From positions 248,001-312,000 of the forward strand of contig OZ251234.1 in assembly GCA_965240325.2 (NCBI GenBank): 64,000 bases of DNA, given 5' to 3'. Under the pieces are notes generated by a model. It did not search any database and was not told where the DNA came from. It saw only the letters and a program-made list of their open reading frames with translations. Made by a program: the position numbers and the translations under genes. This DNA is from Rebecca billardiae RCC1528 (lineage: Eukaryota; Protista; Haptophyta). Positions within the stretch are counted from its first letter, which is position 1. Each line of letters starts with the position of its first letter. This document shows, in pieces, positions 41,938 to 54,700 of this stretch.

Positions 41938-44900
41938 ATGCCTTCGAAAAAAGGCCCGACCGGCGACCGACCGTGTCAGACAGGCGTTAGGGAGCAGGTG
42001 GCCCGGGCGCGGACGCGGACGCCGGGCGCTGCGCGATGCTGCAAGCTCTGGTGCGCGCGGCGCGGTGCTGCGCACGCGCAACCCATCGCACCACTCGTAC
42101 TTGCCCTGCGCTTCCCTCCCGCGCAGCGGGCTTCCTCGCGCGGTACGGCCGCTGACGCGTCGCGCATCTCGCGACGGCGTGCGCGTGGCGCGCGGTGCAG
42201 GCGGCCGAGTCTGATGCGGACACGATCTCGGACGGGCCCGCCTCGGAAGGCGACGGGTGCAGCGATATCGAGTCGCTCTCCGACAACAACATCATCACAC
42301 CCTCGCGCAGCGTCGCGCCACCCGCGAGCGGAGCCGTAGTCACCGGCTCGGCGGCCGCGCCCGTTCAGCCTGCGGCCGCGGCGACGGCGGCCGGCGCCGC
42401 GCCGCGCTCGAGCGCAGCGTCGAAGCCGGACATGACGGCTCTCGCCCGCGAGCCGGCAACGAGCGCGCCCGTCCAGCCCGCGCCGCGCCCGCCCGCCTCC
42501 GACGCGCCCCCGGGCCGCGTGCCGCCGCAGCGGCCGAACCTGTTTGCGTTTGGCTCAGCCGCCAAGGGCTCGGCTGCGCAGTCCGGTGCGCACGACGAGT
42601 CCGGCGGCGGGCTGGGCAGCTCGATTGCGACCTCGCTCGGCGCGAGTGTGCCCGGCGCCTCGGCCCTTGGCGCCTCGGCCGACGGGCCCACGCCGCAGCA
42701 GCGGCAGGCCGCGCTGGCCCTCTCGGCGTCCGCGCGCTCAGTGCCCGAGGTCGGGCTTGCAGCCGCGGCCGGCGCCGGGGACGCGGCCGCCGCCAATGAC
42801 GAGGAGGAGGAGGAGGACGACGACGATATTGAGGACAAGTACGACGACGACGAGTTCGACGAGTACGGCTCCGACTTTGAGAGCGAGGCGGACGACGACG
42901 CGGACGACGATCCCAGCCCGCCCACGCCGCCACGCCTCTCTCCGCAGCCGCAGCCGCAGCCGAGCGCGGCGCGGCCCGCGTCGCCGCCGCGCGCCGCCGC
43001 GGCCGCGGGCCGCGGCGCGCTCGTCGCTCGGTCGCTGGTCGACGCGGAGGAGGAGGAGGAGGAGGATTCGCACGAGGACTTGAACCGCATGCGTGCCGAG
43101 CTCGCCGCGCTGGAGGAGGCGCTCCAGGCCGAGACGGCGATGGCGGAGGAGCCCCAGCGCGAGGCGGCCGCCGCCGCGGCCGGCCACTCGGCTGCCGCCG
43201 CCGCGGCCGGCCGCGGCTGGGCTGGCGACGGCGCGGGCGCGAGCGGCGGCGAGGGCGCGGAGGCTAGCGCGGCATTCGGCCGGCGTGCGAGCGGTAGACG
43301 ATCCGACGCGAGCTCCGACGCCGCCGGCCGTGCGCCCGGCGGCGCGGACGAGGGCGCGGGCACGGGTGGCGCGCGCGCTGCCAGTGCTAGCAGCGCAGCC
43401 AGTGGCGCGGCCGCGGCGACCGGCGGCGGTTCGGTCGGGGCGGGCGCGGCCAAGGCGGGCGCGCGGCAGGTGCCTTCGGCCGGGACGGCGGGGCCGCGCG
43501 CGCGCGGCGTGGGCGGCGGGAGCGCTGGCAGGCGAGGCAGCGGCGCCGCGGGCCGCGGGCCGCCCGCCGGAGGCACGCGGCGCGCGGCGCTGCCCGGCGC
43601 GGCCGGCGCGCGCGCCCCGGCGCCGCCGGCCAAGCCGCCGCCGGGCGGCGCCGCGCGCGCCGGCTCGCGCCCGACGTCGAAGGGTCGCAAGCTGGTGCCC
43701 GCGCGCGCGGGCGGCGGCGCGGGCACGCCCGCGTCGAGCCGCGCGCCGCACGCGCGCACGCCCGAGCACCTCAGCCCGGGCGAGCAGGTGCAGTTTGACG
43801 AATTCCGCACCGCTAACGAAGCGCTGCAGTCGCAGATCGAGCAGGCGAGGCAGGCGCTGGCCGCCGCGCTCAAGCTGCGGAGCCGGCCGCCGGGCGCGGT
43901 CGAGGGCGGCGGCTCGCGCCTCTCCTCGCGCGGCGGCTCGCGCCTCTCCTCGCGCGCCGGCGCCGGCTCGGTCATCTCCAAGCCGCCGCGGCCGCACAGG
44001 GCGGCCGCGCCGATCAGCTCTGAGGAGGCGGACCGCGTGGAGCGGATGCTGGCCAACGCGCGCAAGCACCAGCGCTCCTACTACAGGGAGCACGCGGCGC
44101 TGCGGAAGCGGGTGGCGAAGTGCGCGCCCGAGCAGCTCAGCGCGCTGCGCGCGCGCGCCGACGCCGCCGCCGCCGCCGTCGACGAGCTCCGCGCGACCAA
44201 CAAGGCGCTCGAGCGCGCGGTGCGCGAGGCGACGCGCTCGGCCGCCAAGGCGGCCGCTCGGCCGCGCGACGGGCGCGCGCGCATCGTCTCCGAGGAGATC
44301 CGCGCGCTGCGCGGGCGGATCGCGCACTACCAGGAGTCGCACGCGGAGGAGGAGGCGAAGCTCGGCGCGGCGGAGGAGCAGCTCAGCGTCGCGCTCGCGC
44401 AGGGCAACGAGCTCGAGGCGAAGCTCGAGGTGCGCGGCCGCAGCGGCGGCGTCGCGCCAACCGCCGAGCGCGCGCGGCCGCCGCCGAGCGCGCGCGGCCG
44501 CCGCGCGCGTGCGCGCGCGACGCGTGCCCCCACGCCCCGCGCCCGTCGCTCACGCGACCCCCGCGCCCCGCCGCGCCCCGCAGGAGGTGCGCGGCAGCGA
44601 GGTCATCGCCCAGGGCGAGGCGATGCGCGAGGCGGCGCGGCACACGCTGCGCACGCGCATCGAGCGCGGCGCTGCGGAGCTCAGGGAGGCGGAGGAGTGG
44701 CGCGAGGCCGCGGCGAGGCAGGCGAAGAAGCAGCTCGCCGGCGCGGCGGCCGAGCTGAGCAGCCTGCACGTGCGCGCCGCGCGCACTCCCCCCATGCGCG
44801 CGTCGCCCTGAGCCCCGCTTGTCCCGCTCGGCGCTCGCAGGGGCCAGAGGCGCACGCACGCGCCGCCGCCCCTCCGCGAGCTCACGCGCCACCGTCGCGC

Positions 44901-45479
44901 CCCGCGCGCCGCGCCGCCCCGCGCCGCCCCGGCCGGGATCAGGACGAGATTGCCACGCTGCGCGCGGGGCTCGCCGAGAGCGAGTACACGCTGCGCTCAC
45001 AGGCGCTCAAGCTCCGCGTGCAGAAGCACGCCGACGGCTCGCGCTCGCCCTCCGACGCCGCGGGCGCCAGCCCTCTGAAGGCCGAGGCACTGAGCCCAGT
45101 CTCGGCCGCGGGAGGCGTGGTGGCAGCCGGCGCGCGCGGCGCGGACGAGCGCACGCCCGCTGCAGCGCGCACGCCCGCTCGCGCGCCGGGCAGTGGGAAG
45201 CAGGCGAGCGGCGCCTCGGCGGGTGAGGCTCAAGCCGCACGCGCCACCGAAGGGGTCGGAGCCGGCGGCAGCGGCGGCAGCGGCGGCCGAGGCAGCGGCA
45301 GCCCTGACCGCGGCGCAGCCGCAGCCGCCACGGCGGGGTCGGCGCGGACTGGCGGGCCCGCGCCGGGAGGTCCGCAGCAGCACAGCACGCCACCACGCGC
45401 GGCCGTGGCGCCCGCCGCCATCGGGAGGGTACCAGGCGTGAGCCCGTCCCCGCCGCCTGTGGCTGCGGGTGCGCGGTGA
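41938..45479 (+). CDS. Coiled-coil protein with lebercilin (LCA5)-like region; exons 41938-41997, 42201-44429, 44584-44769, 44943-45479
   Basis: Phase-0 GT-AG introns join in frame. Acidic N-terminal patch. Heptad region DELRATNKALERAVREATRS...SEEIRALRGRIAHYQE...EAKL resembles the lebercilin domain. First exon and family assignment are less certain. Confidence 0.6.
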
Positions 45480-45633
45480 TGATCGACGACGATTCGCGAT
45501 GCGGGACGCGAATGGCGCGGCGCGCTGTCAATCAGTAAGATCAAGATGACCGACGCGACTAACGACGTACTGCTGCTGAGCAGTATAGTCGTGAGCTAAT
45601 CGGACGCTTATTCGGTAGTCGTTATTCGCCGCG

Positions 45634-45676
45634 CGGTGGCCCGGCCGGCCCCGGCGGCGGGCCGGCCGGGCCGCCG
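45634..45676. other. 18-bp GC stem-loop between convergent genes
   Basis: CGGTGGCCCGGCCGGCCC-CGGCGGC-GGGCCGGCCGGGCCGCCG with one G:U pair. Confidence 0.6.
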
Positions 45677-45937
45677 GTAGACGCGCGTCGTACTACGGTC
45701 CGGTAGTCATCCGGTTAGTACCCGGTTACTGACAGTGCGTAGCCGATAGAGTCCGGACTCCGGTGGCCGCGTAGTCTGATCATGGCCCGGATGCCGGCTG
45801 CATCAATGGCCACAGCCCGCATCAGGCCAAGGCCGCTCCTGCCGGACGGTCACGACTCAGCAGCGGCCTTCCCCGACGCCGCATCACCGGCCCACCGGCC
45901 GGGCCGAGGGCAGCCGCGGCGCGCCGTGTCCAGCGGC

Positions 45938-46920
45938 TCACTGCGCCTGCGGCGCCTTGCTCTTTCGCGCCGCCCGTCCGGAGGCGCTCGTGCCGGGCCT
46001 GCTGCCGGTCTTGGAGCTCGCGCTCACCTCGAGCTGCGCGATGCGGTCGCTCAGCTCGCGCTCGCGCGCGTCGAACGCCTCCGCGAGCGACACCCGCGCC
46101 GCCTCCACGCGCTGCTCGATCACCGCCGCAATCGAGCCGTCGAGGCCCTCCAGGGAGACGTCCAGCGCTGAGCCGTCGGCGCTCGAGGGATCGGCCGCGG
46201 CGGCGGGCGCGCCTCCGGCGTCGGACGCGGGCGCGCCGTCGGCGCCGGGCGCGGCCGAGGCCGCGCTCTCCATCGCCGCCGCCTCCTCCGCCGCCACCTC
46301 CTCCGCCGTCCGCCCCGCCGCGAGCGCCACCGGCACGGCCGCCGTCTCGACAAACACGTGCTTGCGCCGCCGCTCGCCGTCTCTCTCCTGCGAGCCCACG
46401 TACGCGTGCAGCTCGAAGTGGTTGAAGAAGGCGGCGGTGGCGTACGCGGTGACCTGCTGCACCTGCGCGAGGCTGATCGCCTCGTGCGCGGGGAGCGCCT
46501 TGATCCGCTCCATCAGCATTTGGCTCCACAGCGAGAAGGCTTCCTCCTTGCTCAGCTGCTCGACTGCGCGCGCGTACGGAGCGCACGCGCGCGGAGAGGG
46601 CGGCGGAGGGGCGGGGTCAGACGCGGCGCCACTCGCGAGGCTGTCGTGTGAGCGCGCCAGCGCGTGCGCGCGCGCACGCGCGCACCCGCGGCCTTTGCGC
46701 GCGTCTCCACCATCACCTCGAAGATGACGAGCGCCTTGGTGTGCGACATCCCCGCCTCCCGGCAGAAGCAGAGCGTCTGATACAGGAAGTCGACGTGGAT
46801 CGACTGGCGCAGGTCGGCCTCGTAGTTCGTCTGCTCGCTCAGCCGGGCGAGCGCGCCGCACGCCACGCTTTCCTCCGCCGCCCAGATCTCATCGAGCTGA
46901 GCCGCAGTGAGGGCCACCAT
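45938..46920 (-). CDS. CLAMP-domain flagellar central-apparatus protein (CFAP119/C8orf74-like); exons 46920-46686, 46563-45938
   Basis: IHVDFLYQTLCFCREAGMSHTKALVIF...ISLAQVQQVTAYATAAFFNHFELHAYV fits the family pattern lD.yy..l.Fa.e.gfs..k...fs..qv..i.dy....yf.HykLY.yv. Confidence 0.8.
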
Positions 46921-47028
46921 CGTGGCGCGAGTGGGTGGGCCTCGGGAACGCCGTAACGGCCGCCATCTCACCAGCAGGAGCAACCCGACCGGCACCGGAC
47001 CGGCACGGGGTCCGCCTCACGATTCACG

Positions 47029-48126
47029 ATGGCGGACCGACCACCCTCGATGGCGGGTGCGCACGATGATGGCGCTCCTTGGCCGCGGAAGCGCTCGGTG
47101 GACTATCTGCTCGAGGGCAGCTCAGTGCACACGAATCGGCACCTGCGCCGCTTCGCGCACGCGCCGTACCGCGACCGGCTCCTCCGCGACCCGTCGTGCG
47201 CCGGCCTCTTCTCCCGCACCTCCAAGTCGCTGCGCAAGGAGCTGTGCGAGGCGTACTGCATGCTCGAGTGCCTCGAGGCCGTGCTCGCGCGGCACGGCGC
47301 GGCCGGCGCGCGGGTCGCGTCGATCGTGGACCTGTGCTGCGGCAAGGGCTTCCTCTCCCTCGTCCTTGCCTGCGAGTTCCCCGACGCGCACGTCCTCGGC
47401 CTCGACTTCGACGCGCGCATCGACACCGGCCACGCCGCCGCCGCGCCCAACCTCGCCTTTGTGCGCCGAGACCTCTTCGCCGACGAGCTCGAGGCGGAGC
47501 TCGACGCAGTTCTGGCGGCGCACGGCGCCGGCGTGGAGGGCGCGCTATGCGTGGCCGTGGGCATGCACCTCTGCGGCCGCCTCTCGCCGCGCGCCGTCCG
47601 GCTGTTTGGCGTGCTCGGCGCGCTCGACCTGATCATCCTCGCGCCGTGCTGCCTCGACGCCAAGTTCGACGGGGCGCTCAAGCTGCGGGCGAGGCAGCTG
47701 CAGGTGGACCCGTACGAGTGCAAGGTGGCGCAGCTGACCGAGCTCCTCCGCGAGCTCGGCGCGCACGTCGAGACCGTCCGCGACGCTGCGCTCCGCACAA
47801 AGTCGGGCACCTCTAGCGAGGGCAGCGCGTGCTCGAAGAACGCGCTGGTCATCGGCTGGCGCGCGCTCGGCGCTGACGCGGCGCGGGTCAGGGCGCCGTG
47901 GGACGCGGTGGCGGGCGCGGCAGCGGACGGCTCATTGGAAGCTGCCGCGGTGGTGCCGACAGCCGCCACTGCGGCGGTTCATCCAGCATCATCCGGCGAC
48001 GACGACGACCACGAGCACGATGAGTCTCAGCAGCAGCCGAGTCCGAGTAGGCGGCCGATGCCGACGCTCGAGGAGCTCGCACTGCATCTGCCTCGTCTTC
48101 CCGCCACCACCCATCATCACTTGTGA
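47029..48126 (+). CDS. Class I SAM-dependent methyltransferase (Methyltransf_32/TRM13-like), single exon
   Basis: IVDLCCGKGFLSL motif I, VLGLDFD, AVGMHLCGRLS, ILAPCC, KNALVIG. Confidence 0.85.
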   Translation: MADRPPSMAGAHDDGAPWPRKRSVDYLLEGSSVHTNRHLRRFAHAPYRDRLLRDPSCAGLFSRTSKSLRKELCEAYCMLECLEAVLARHGAAGARVASIVDLCCGKGFLSLVLACEFPDAHVLGLDFDARIDTGHAAAAPNLAFVRRDLFADELEAELDAVLAAHGAGVEGALCVAVGMHLCGRLSPRAVRLFGVLGALDLIILAPCCLDAKFDGALKLRARQLQVDPYECKVAQLTELLRELGAHVETVRDAALRTKSGTSSEGSACSKNALVIGWRALGADAARVRAPWDAVAGAAADGSLEAAAVVPTAATAAVHPASSGDDDDHEHDESQQQPSPSRRPMPTLEELALHLPRLPATTHHHL

Positions 48127-48715
48127 CTGTGATGAGTCCCGGCGTCGTCGCATGGGAGTCGTCGCACTATATACTATACAGCTACTACTGCTGCCTGATG
48201 ATGGATGCCCGTGCCGAACGCGTACGTATAGCAGCAGTCGTCAGTAGTAGGCGACGCGGTCGGTCCGGATCTCACTCTCAGCCGAGCGCGCACGTACGGA
48301 CTACGTATACGGTCTCATCAGCAGACGACAGCAGCAGTAGTATGATTGACGCCATCGTCATTGACGATGATATGCTACTGATGATGACGCGACGACCGCG
48401 CGCGGATAATGATTGCGCGCATCACTATCGCGGTAATCGGACGGAGCGGATGGCGCGCGCGCGTCTGAGCCGCTCGACGACGACTGCGTCTGCGCTGGCA
48501 GTGGCACTGGGCGCACTGGCAGCAGCATGCTGCTGCTGCTACTACGAAGTGCTGACGATCGATGTCGATGATTCGATCGCGAATGAACGACGGCGGCATG
48601 ATGCTGATGATGATGACGCGATGAGCAGTCGTCGCGCGTCGCGAAATGACGATCATATATATCATCAGCATCGTCATCGCCGCTAACGACGACGTAGAGC
48701 CGAGCTTGGTCCGAA

Positions 48716-51700
48716 CTAGCCCTTGAAGAAGAAGCGCATTGCGTCGAGCGCGGCGCGTGCGCCGAGCACGAGCGAAGACTCGGCCAGATCAGCGAGCACG
48801 CCGCCCTCGACGAGCGCGCGCGCGGCCCACGGCCCGAGCTGCCGCAGCGCGAGAAGCAGCGGCTCCTCGAGGGCGAACGTGCCGAGCAGCGCCGCGCCCC
48901 ACGACGCGAGCATCGCCTCGGTCTGCGCGCGGCCGAAGAGGCGTCCGTACACGATCACGAGGGCGCACAGGCCTGTGTACAGCCCCAGCATGGCCGCCCA
49001 CGCGAGGGGCGAGCGCGCCCACGGCGGCGGCGGCGGGCACGGGCAGAGCACGCGCACCCACTCGGCCGCGCGCCGCTCCGCCGCCCGCTGCCGCGCGAAC
49101 CACACGACCATCTCGAGCTCGTCCACGCGCAGGTCGGCGTCGAGATCGAGATCTCGCAGCAGCCGCCGCCGCTCGTGCGGCAGCAGCGGGTCGCCCAGCT
49201 CGGCCATGATCAGCCCGACGCCCGCCTCGTCCACGCGCCCGTCGCCCGTCGAGTCGCACCGCTCGAACGCGGCGCGCAGCGCGGCGAGCTCGGCGCCGGT
49301 CAGCTCGGACTGCGCTCGGAAGAGCGAGCTGCGGCGCGCGCGCGAGGAGCGGCGTGGCGCGGGCGCGGGCGCGGGCGCGGCCCGAGCGGGCGCGTGCGCG
49401 GCCGGCGGGCCGCCCTCGCCCAGCGGGCTGCCCATACCGCTGCTCGGCGCGCTTCCCCTCTCCAGCGGCGGCGGCGGCGGCGGCAGCGAGGGCGGCGGCG
49501 GTGGCGGGGCCGCCGCGCGCCGCGCGCCGACCGTCGGCGCGCTCCCGCCGGCGCCCTCCGCCGGCGGGGGCGCGGCGGCCGGCGGCGCGGCGGCGCGCGG
49601 AACGCGGGGCCGCGGGGAGGGTGGCGTGGGCGTGTCGCCCGAGCCCGAGCGAGTGAGCGCGGGCGGGCGTCGTGGCCCAGCTGCAGCTCTGACCTCCCGG
49701 CTGTCGGCGCCGTCGCCCTGGCCGCTCCGGTCGTCCTCATCGAGCGCGCGTGCCGCCGACGGCATGGGCGGGCGCTGGGCCGGGGCGCTCGTGCGGCCGC
49801 GCGGCGGCGAGGCCGGGGGTGGGGACGGCGGCGGCGGCGGCGCGGCTGCGGGCGCGGGCGCGCCGTCCAGCGTGGGCGGCGCGCGCGGCGAGAGCTGTCG
49901 CGGCACGCGGCCGCCCGCGGCCGCGGGCGAGGGCGCGTCGCGCGCGGTTGCGCCGGGCGGCGGCGGGGGCGGCGGGACGCGCCGTCGCTGCAGCTGGAAA
50001 GAGCCCGAGCCGGCGGCGGAGGCGTCCGAGGCGGCGCTGCCGCGCCACGAGCCGCTCGGGCTGCTGCAGCCGCTGCCGCTGCGGACAGAGCCCGGCGCGG
50101 CAAGGTGCCGCCGACCCGGCCGGTACGGCGACTGGAAGCCGGGCGCGGGCGGCGCGCCGCCGGCCGGGCTGCCGGCCGGCGAGCTGGCGGCGGCGCCGGG
50201 CTGGCGCTCGGCCAGCGGCGGCGTGGCGCGGAGGCTGGCGGCGCGTGCGGCGAGCGCGCCGCCCGACTGCAGCGGCGCGACGATGCCGCAGCCGCAGGAC
50301 GCGCGCCGGACCGAGCCGCCCGAGCGCGGCGCGCTGCCGCCGCTGCTCGCGCCTGGTGAGCGGCCGCCGCCTGCGCCGGAGCCGCCGCGCCCGTCCGCGC
50401 TGCGTGGGCTGGGCGCTGCCGGCGGCGGCGAGCGCTGTCCCGCCCTCCCGCGCGCGCCCGGCGCCAAGGTTGCGCCGCCGCCCTCCTCCGTGCCCTCCGG
50501 CGGTGCGCTCAGTGGCGCGACCGCCGGGCCGCGCGCGGGCGCGCGCGGCGCGTGCGGCGCGTGCGCAGGCTGTGCCGACACCCACGGTGCGACTGCGAGC
50601 AGACTCGCGCGCGAGCTCACTGCGCTCAGCAGCGTGCCCGCGGAGGTGGCGGAGGAGAGCGTGTTGGCGGCGGTCGAGCTGCTCACAGAGCCGCGCGCGC
50701 CGCACCGCCACCCGCCCACGCTCGTCTTGGCGCACGCGGGCCGCGTGTCGACGTACCGGCGCGCGCCGCCGGCGCAGCAGCCAGAGCCGCCCACGCCGCC
50801 GGCGCGGCTCGCTCGCAGCCGCTCGGCACGGCCGATCGCCGGGCCGGCGGACACCGCCTCGGCCGCGCGCGCGCGCGCGTCCGCGTCCGCGCCGAGCCAT
50901 CCGCCGAGGTGCTCGCGCAGCCCGTGGTACAGCCGCCACGAGGGGGTCGCACGGCCGTCGTGCCGCGCGAGGTGCCACGCGCCCTTGAACGCCCACAGCG
51001 CCGGCAGCGCCACCGCACCGACGATCAGCGCGCGCAGCAGCAGCGTCAGCAGCCCCACTCCGCCGCCGTCGCCGCCGCCCGCGCCGTCCTGCGTGTACAG
51101 CATGCACTCGAGCGCGAGCTGCAGCGCGAGCGTGTTGAAGAGGCTCTGCACCAGCTCGACGCGCCGCAGCGCGCGCTCGGGGCGCGCGAACAGCAGCGCG
51201 AGCAACGTGTGCTGCTCGGCCACCGCCTCGAGCACCGCGCGCGCGCGCTCGAGGCCGCGCGCCGCTCCGGCGTACCTCTGCGCCTGCATCGAGAAGCGCC
51301 GCCCCAGGTCGTGGTGCTCGGCGATGTCCTGCGCGGCGCTGCGCGGCGGCGCGAAGACGGAGAGAGAGGCGGCGCGCGGCGGCGAGCGCGGCGGCGGCGA
51401 GCGCGGCGGCGGCGAGCGCGGGCGCGAGGGCGGCGAGCGCGAGCGCGAGCGCCGCCACTCGAGTGCGGCGGAGGCGGAGGAGGCGGAGGCACCGCTGGCC
51501 CGAGCCTCCGCTCCCGCCTCCGCCCCCGCCTCGGCGGCGGGCGCGTCATCCGCCGTGCCCGCCGGCGCAGCCCACTCCGCGACCTCGTCCGCCTCCGCCT
51601 CCCCGCCCGCCGCCCGCCCCCCCTCCGCCTCCGCCTCCTCCTCCTCCTCCACGACTAGCCTCGCACCGAGGTAGCGGTCCAGAGCGGCACGCGAGGGCTG

Positions 51701-54700
51701 CTCCGCGCCGCGGCCGGGCGCTGCGCCGCCGGCGGCGGCGGCCGAGGCCGCGCGGCGCGCGCGCACGCGCTCGACGGTCGTCTGCGCCGCGCCCGCGCCC
51801 GCGCCCGCGCCGCAGCTCCCGCCGCCGCGGAAGCTGCCGCCATCGGCCACGCTGCCGCCGCGCTGCCCAAAGCTGCCAGCCTCGCGCGCGCCGCCGTCGT
51901 CGCGCCGACTGCTGCCGCCCAGAGAGCGGCCGCGCGAGCGAGCCGAGCGCGCCGACGTGCGCGAGGAGCGCGCCGAGCTGGCGCCGGTCGAGGCCCACCG
52001 CCCGCTGCCGCCACCCAGCAGCCCGCGCCCGCCGCCCTCCGCGCGTGCGCGCTCAGAGGCACCCAGCCCGGACGTGAGCCGCTCCGACTCGAGCCAGCGC
52101 GAATAGATCGCGAGCGCGCGCCGGTCCGCCGCGGCCGCGAGGAGCAGGCAGAGGGCGTTGAGCCCGCTCAGCAGGTAGACCAGCCGGTAGATCGTCACGT
52201 TCTCGCGGTGGCCCTCGGCCGGGCTGAGCAGCACCGCCGCACCGTCGGCCGCGCTGAACGTGTTCACGCGCACGGACGCCGCCTCGTCCGCCGCCGCCTC
52301 GCGACTGGCTGGCACGGAGAGCGCGGCAAAGTCGGTGAGGTGCGTGCACGCGCAGTAGAGCAGCGACGGGTCGGCGCCGTCGGGCGGCGCGTCGAGGGTC
52401 GTGCACCCCTCCGCCGACCACTCGCGCCGCGCCTCGTCCCACCAGTGGCACGCGTCCGCGCGGCCGCACTCTCGCCCGTGGTACGGCGGCTCGCACGCGC
52501 AGCCGCGCAGCCCGCCGCCGAGCGCGACGCACGCGCCGCGCGCGCTGCACGGCGCCGCCGCGCCGTCGGTGGCGGCGGCGGCGCACGACGCGGACGGCTC
52601 GATTGCCGCCGCCGCCTCTCGCGCGGGCGGCAGGCCGAGCACGACCGGCTCGCTCAGCCCCGAGATTGCGATCTCGGCGCCGGCCGTCGGGTCGCGCAGC
52701 TGCACGCGCAGCACGGCCGTGCGCAGCGGGCCTAGGAGCGCGCCGCTCTGGTTGGCGGGCTCGGCATGCACATTCGGCCCGAAGGCGATGAGCACCACGT
52801 CGACGGGCGCGTCGGGCGCGGGCACCGCGCCGCCGCCGCCGCCGCCGCCGCCGCCCCACAGCGCCGCGGGCAGCGCGAGCGCGCCGCCGCCGCCCGCGCC
52901 GCCGAGCGTCGCGTTGGCCGCGAGCGCCGCCGCCGTGCGCCGCGCCACGCTCACGTTGACGCGCGCCGACACCGCCTCGGCGGGCAGCTCGCCCGGGACG
53001 GCGCCGGCGAGCAGCGCGAGCGCCAGGCCCGACGCCGCCTCGAGCGCCGCGCCGCCCAGCGCCACCGCCTCCTCCGGCGTGAGCGCGCCGCCGCCGCCGG
53101 CGGGCGCGCCGAGCGCGCTGTCGACCGAGCTGAGCAGAGCCCTCGCCGTGCCGCCGTCGACGCCGCCGGCCGCGGCGGATGCGCTCGCGAGCGTTGCCAC
53201 GTGAGCGAGCCCAGCGGCGCGCGTGGGCGCGTCGAGGGGCACGGGCGCGCTCAGCGCGGCCGCGAGCGCCGCCGCCGACTGCGCGCGCGCCTCGGCGGTG
53301 GGCGGCGCGACCGCCGCGCCCTCGGCCGCGGTGAGCCGCACAATGTGGGCGACGAGCGCGCTGCCGTTGCCTGCCGCGAGCGCGCGCGCGCCAGCCGGCT
53401 CCTCGGCGAGCGCGTGCGCGAGGCCGTCGAGCAGCTGCATCGCCTCCGCGTGGTCCGAGCGCTCGAGCGCGGAGCGCGCGCGGCCGAGCGCGTCCGCGAG
53501 CGCCTCCCCGCTCCCGTCGTCGTCGGGAGGCTCAACGGTGACGAGCACGGCGGGCGCGCTCGCGCGCGCGCCCACCGCGTCCTGGACGGTCAGCTGCAGC
53601 GCGCGCGGCCCCGCCGGTAGCAGCACGGACGCAATGGGCGACGCGCCCGCCACACCGAGAGGCGTGGCCGTGAGCTCGGCCGCGCCGCCCTCGCCGCCGC
53701 CGCTCGCGGCCGCGCGGCGCTGGGTGAACGCGTAGCTCAGTGGCAACTCATCAGACCGCCAGCCCTCCGCCTGCACGCGGAAGTGCGTGCGCAGCGCGAT
53801 GCCGCCAGCGCTCGGCGCGGCGCTGAGCGCGCCGCCGTACGGCGGCCGGCTGATCGGCACGACGATGGACGCGCGCGCCGCCTGCTGCTGCGCCGCCGAG
53901 CCGCCGCCGCCGCCGCCGCCCACTGCCTGCATCACTGTCAGCTCGAACGCGTACGTCGCGCCGGGCGTCAGCGCGCCCGAGCGGAAGGCGAGCGTGTGCC
54001 GCGCGCCGCCGGTCGTCGTGATAGCGGCCGTGTCGTCCAGGTCGAGCCCCGCGTCGCCCTCGGGGGCGCCGCCCGCGCCGACGAGGCGCGCGCGCCAGCG
54101 CAGCGTGTACGACGCAGCGCCGCTCGCCCGGCGCGCGGCCGACTCGGCGTCGAGTGCGGTGGCGAGGGCAAGCCGCGCGCTCGGCGCGGACCAGACCGCG
54201 CTGTACTTGGCGCGGCCGAGCGGGGCGAAGGTGATCGTGGGGATGGGCGCGGCGACGAGCGTCAGCCGCACCGACGCGCTCGCGCCCTGCGGCAGCTCTA
54301 TTGCCGCCGTGCTCGGCGGCGCGGCTGCCGGCTGCGCCGCGCTCACTGCGAGGAACACCTCGTACTCGCCCGCGGCCAGCGCGCCCGGCGGCAGCAGCAG
54401 CACGGAGGCGTTGGTCGGCACGGCCGGCGGCAGTGGCTCGGCGGCGGGCGCGGGCGCGGAGCCGTTCGCCCCGCCGCCGCCGCGCCCCTCCGCGCCCACC
54501 GCCACCACGCGCCACGCAAACCGCAGCCCCTCCGCCGAGCCCGTGTTCGGGTCGAGCGTCGCGGACGCGTCCAGCCGGACGGGCCGCTCGGCGGCCATGC
54601 TGCGGTCGCCGCCGGCGATGGTCGCGCGCAGCGGCAGCTGCTCAACGAGCACGCGCACGCTCGCGCTCGCCGCCGCGCCGCCGTCCGCCGCCATCCTCGC

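Noticed and set aside
45634-45676. Rho-independent terminator
   Set aside because: Eukaryotic locus, no U-tract, and GC palindromes arise easily at this composition; kept only as a structural note.
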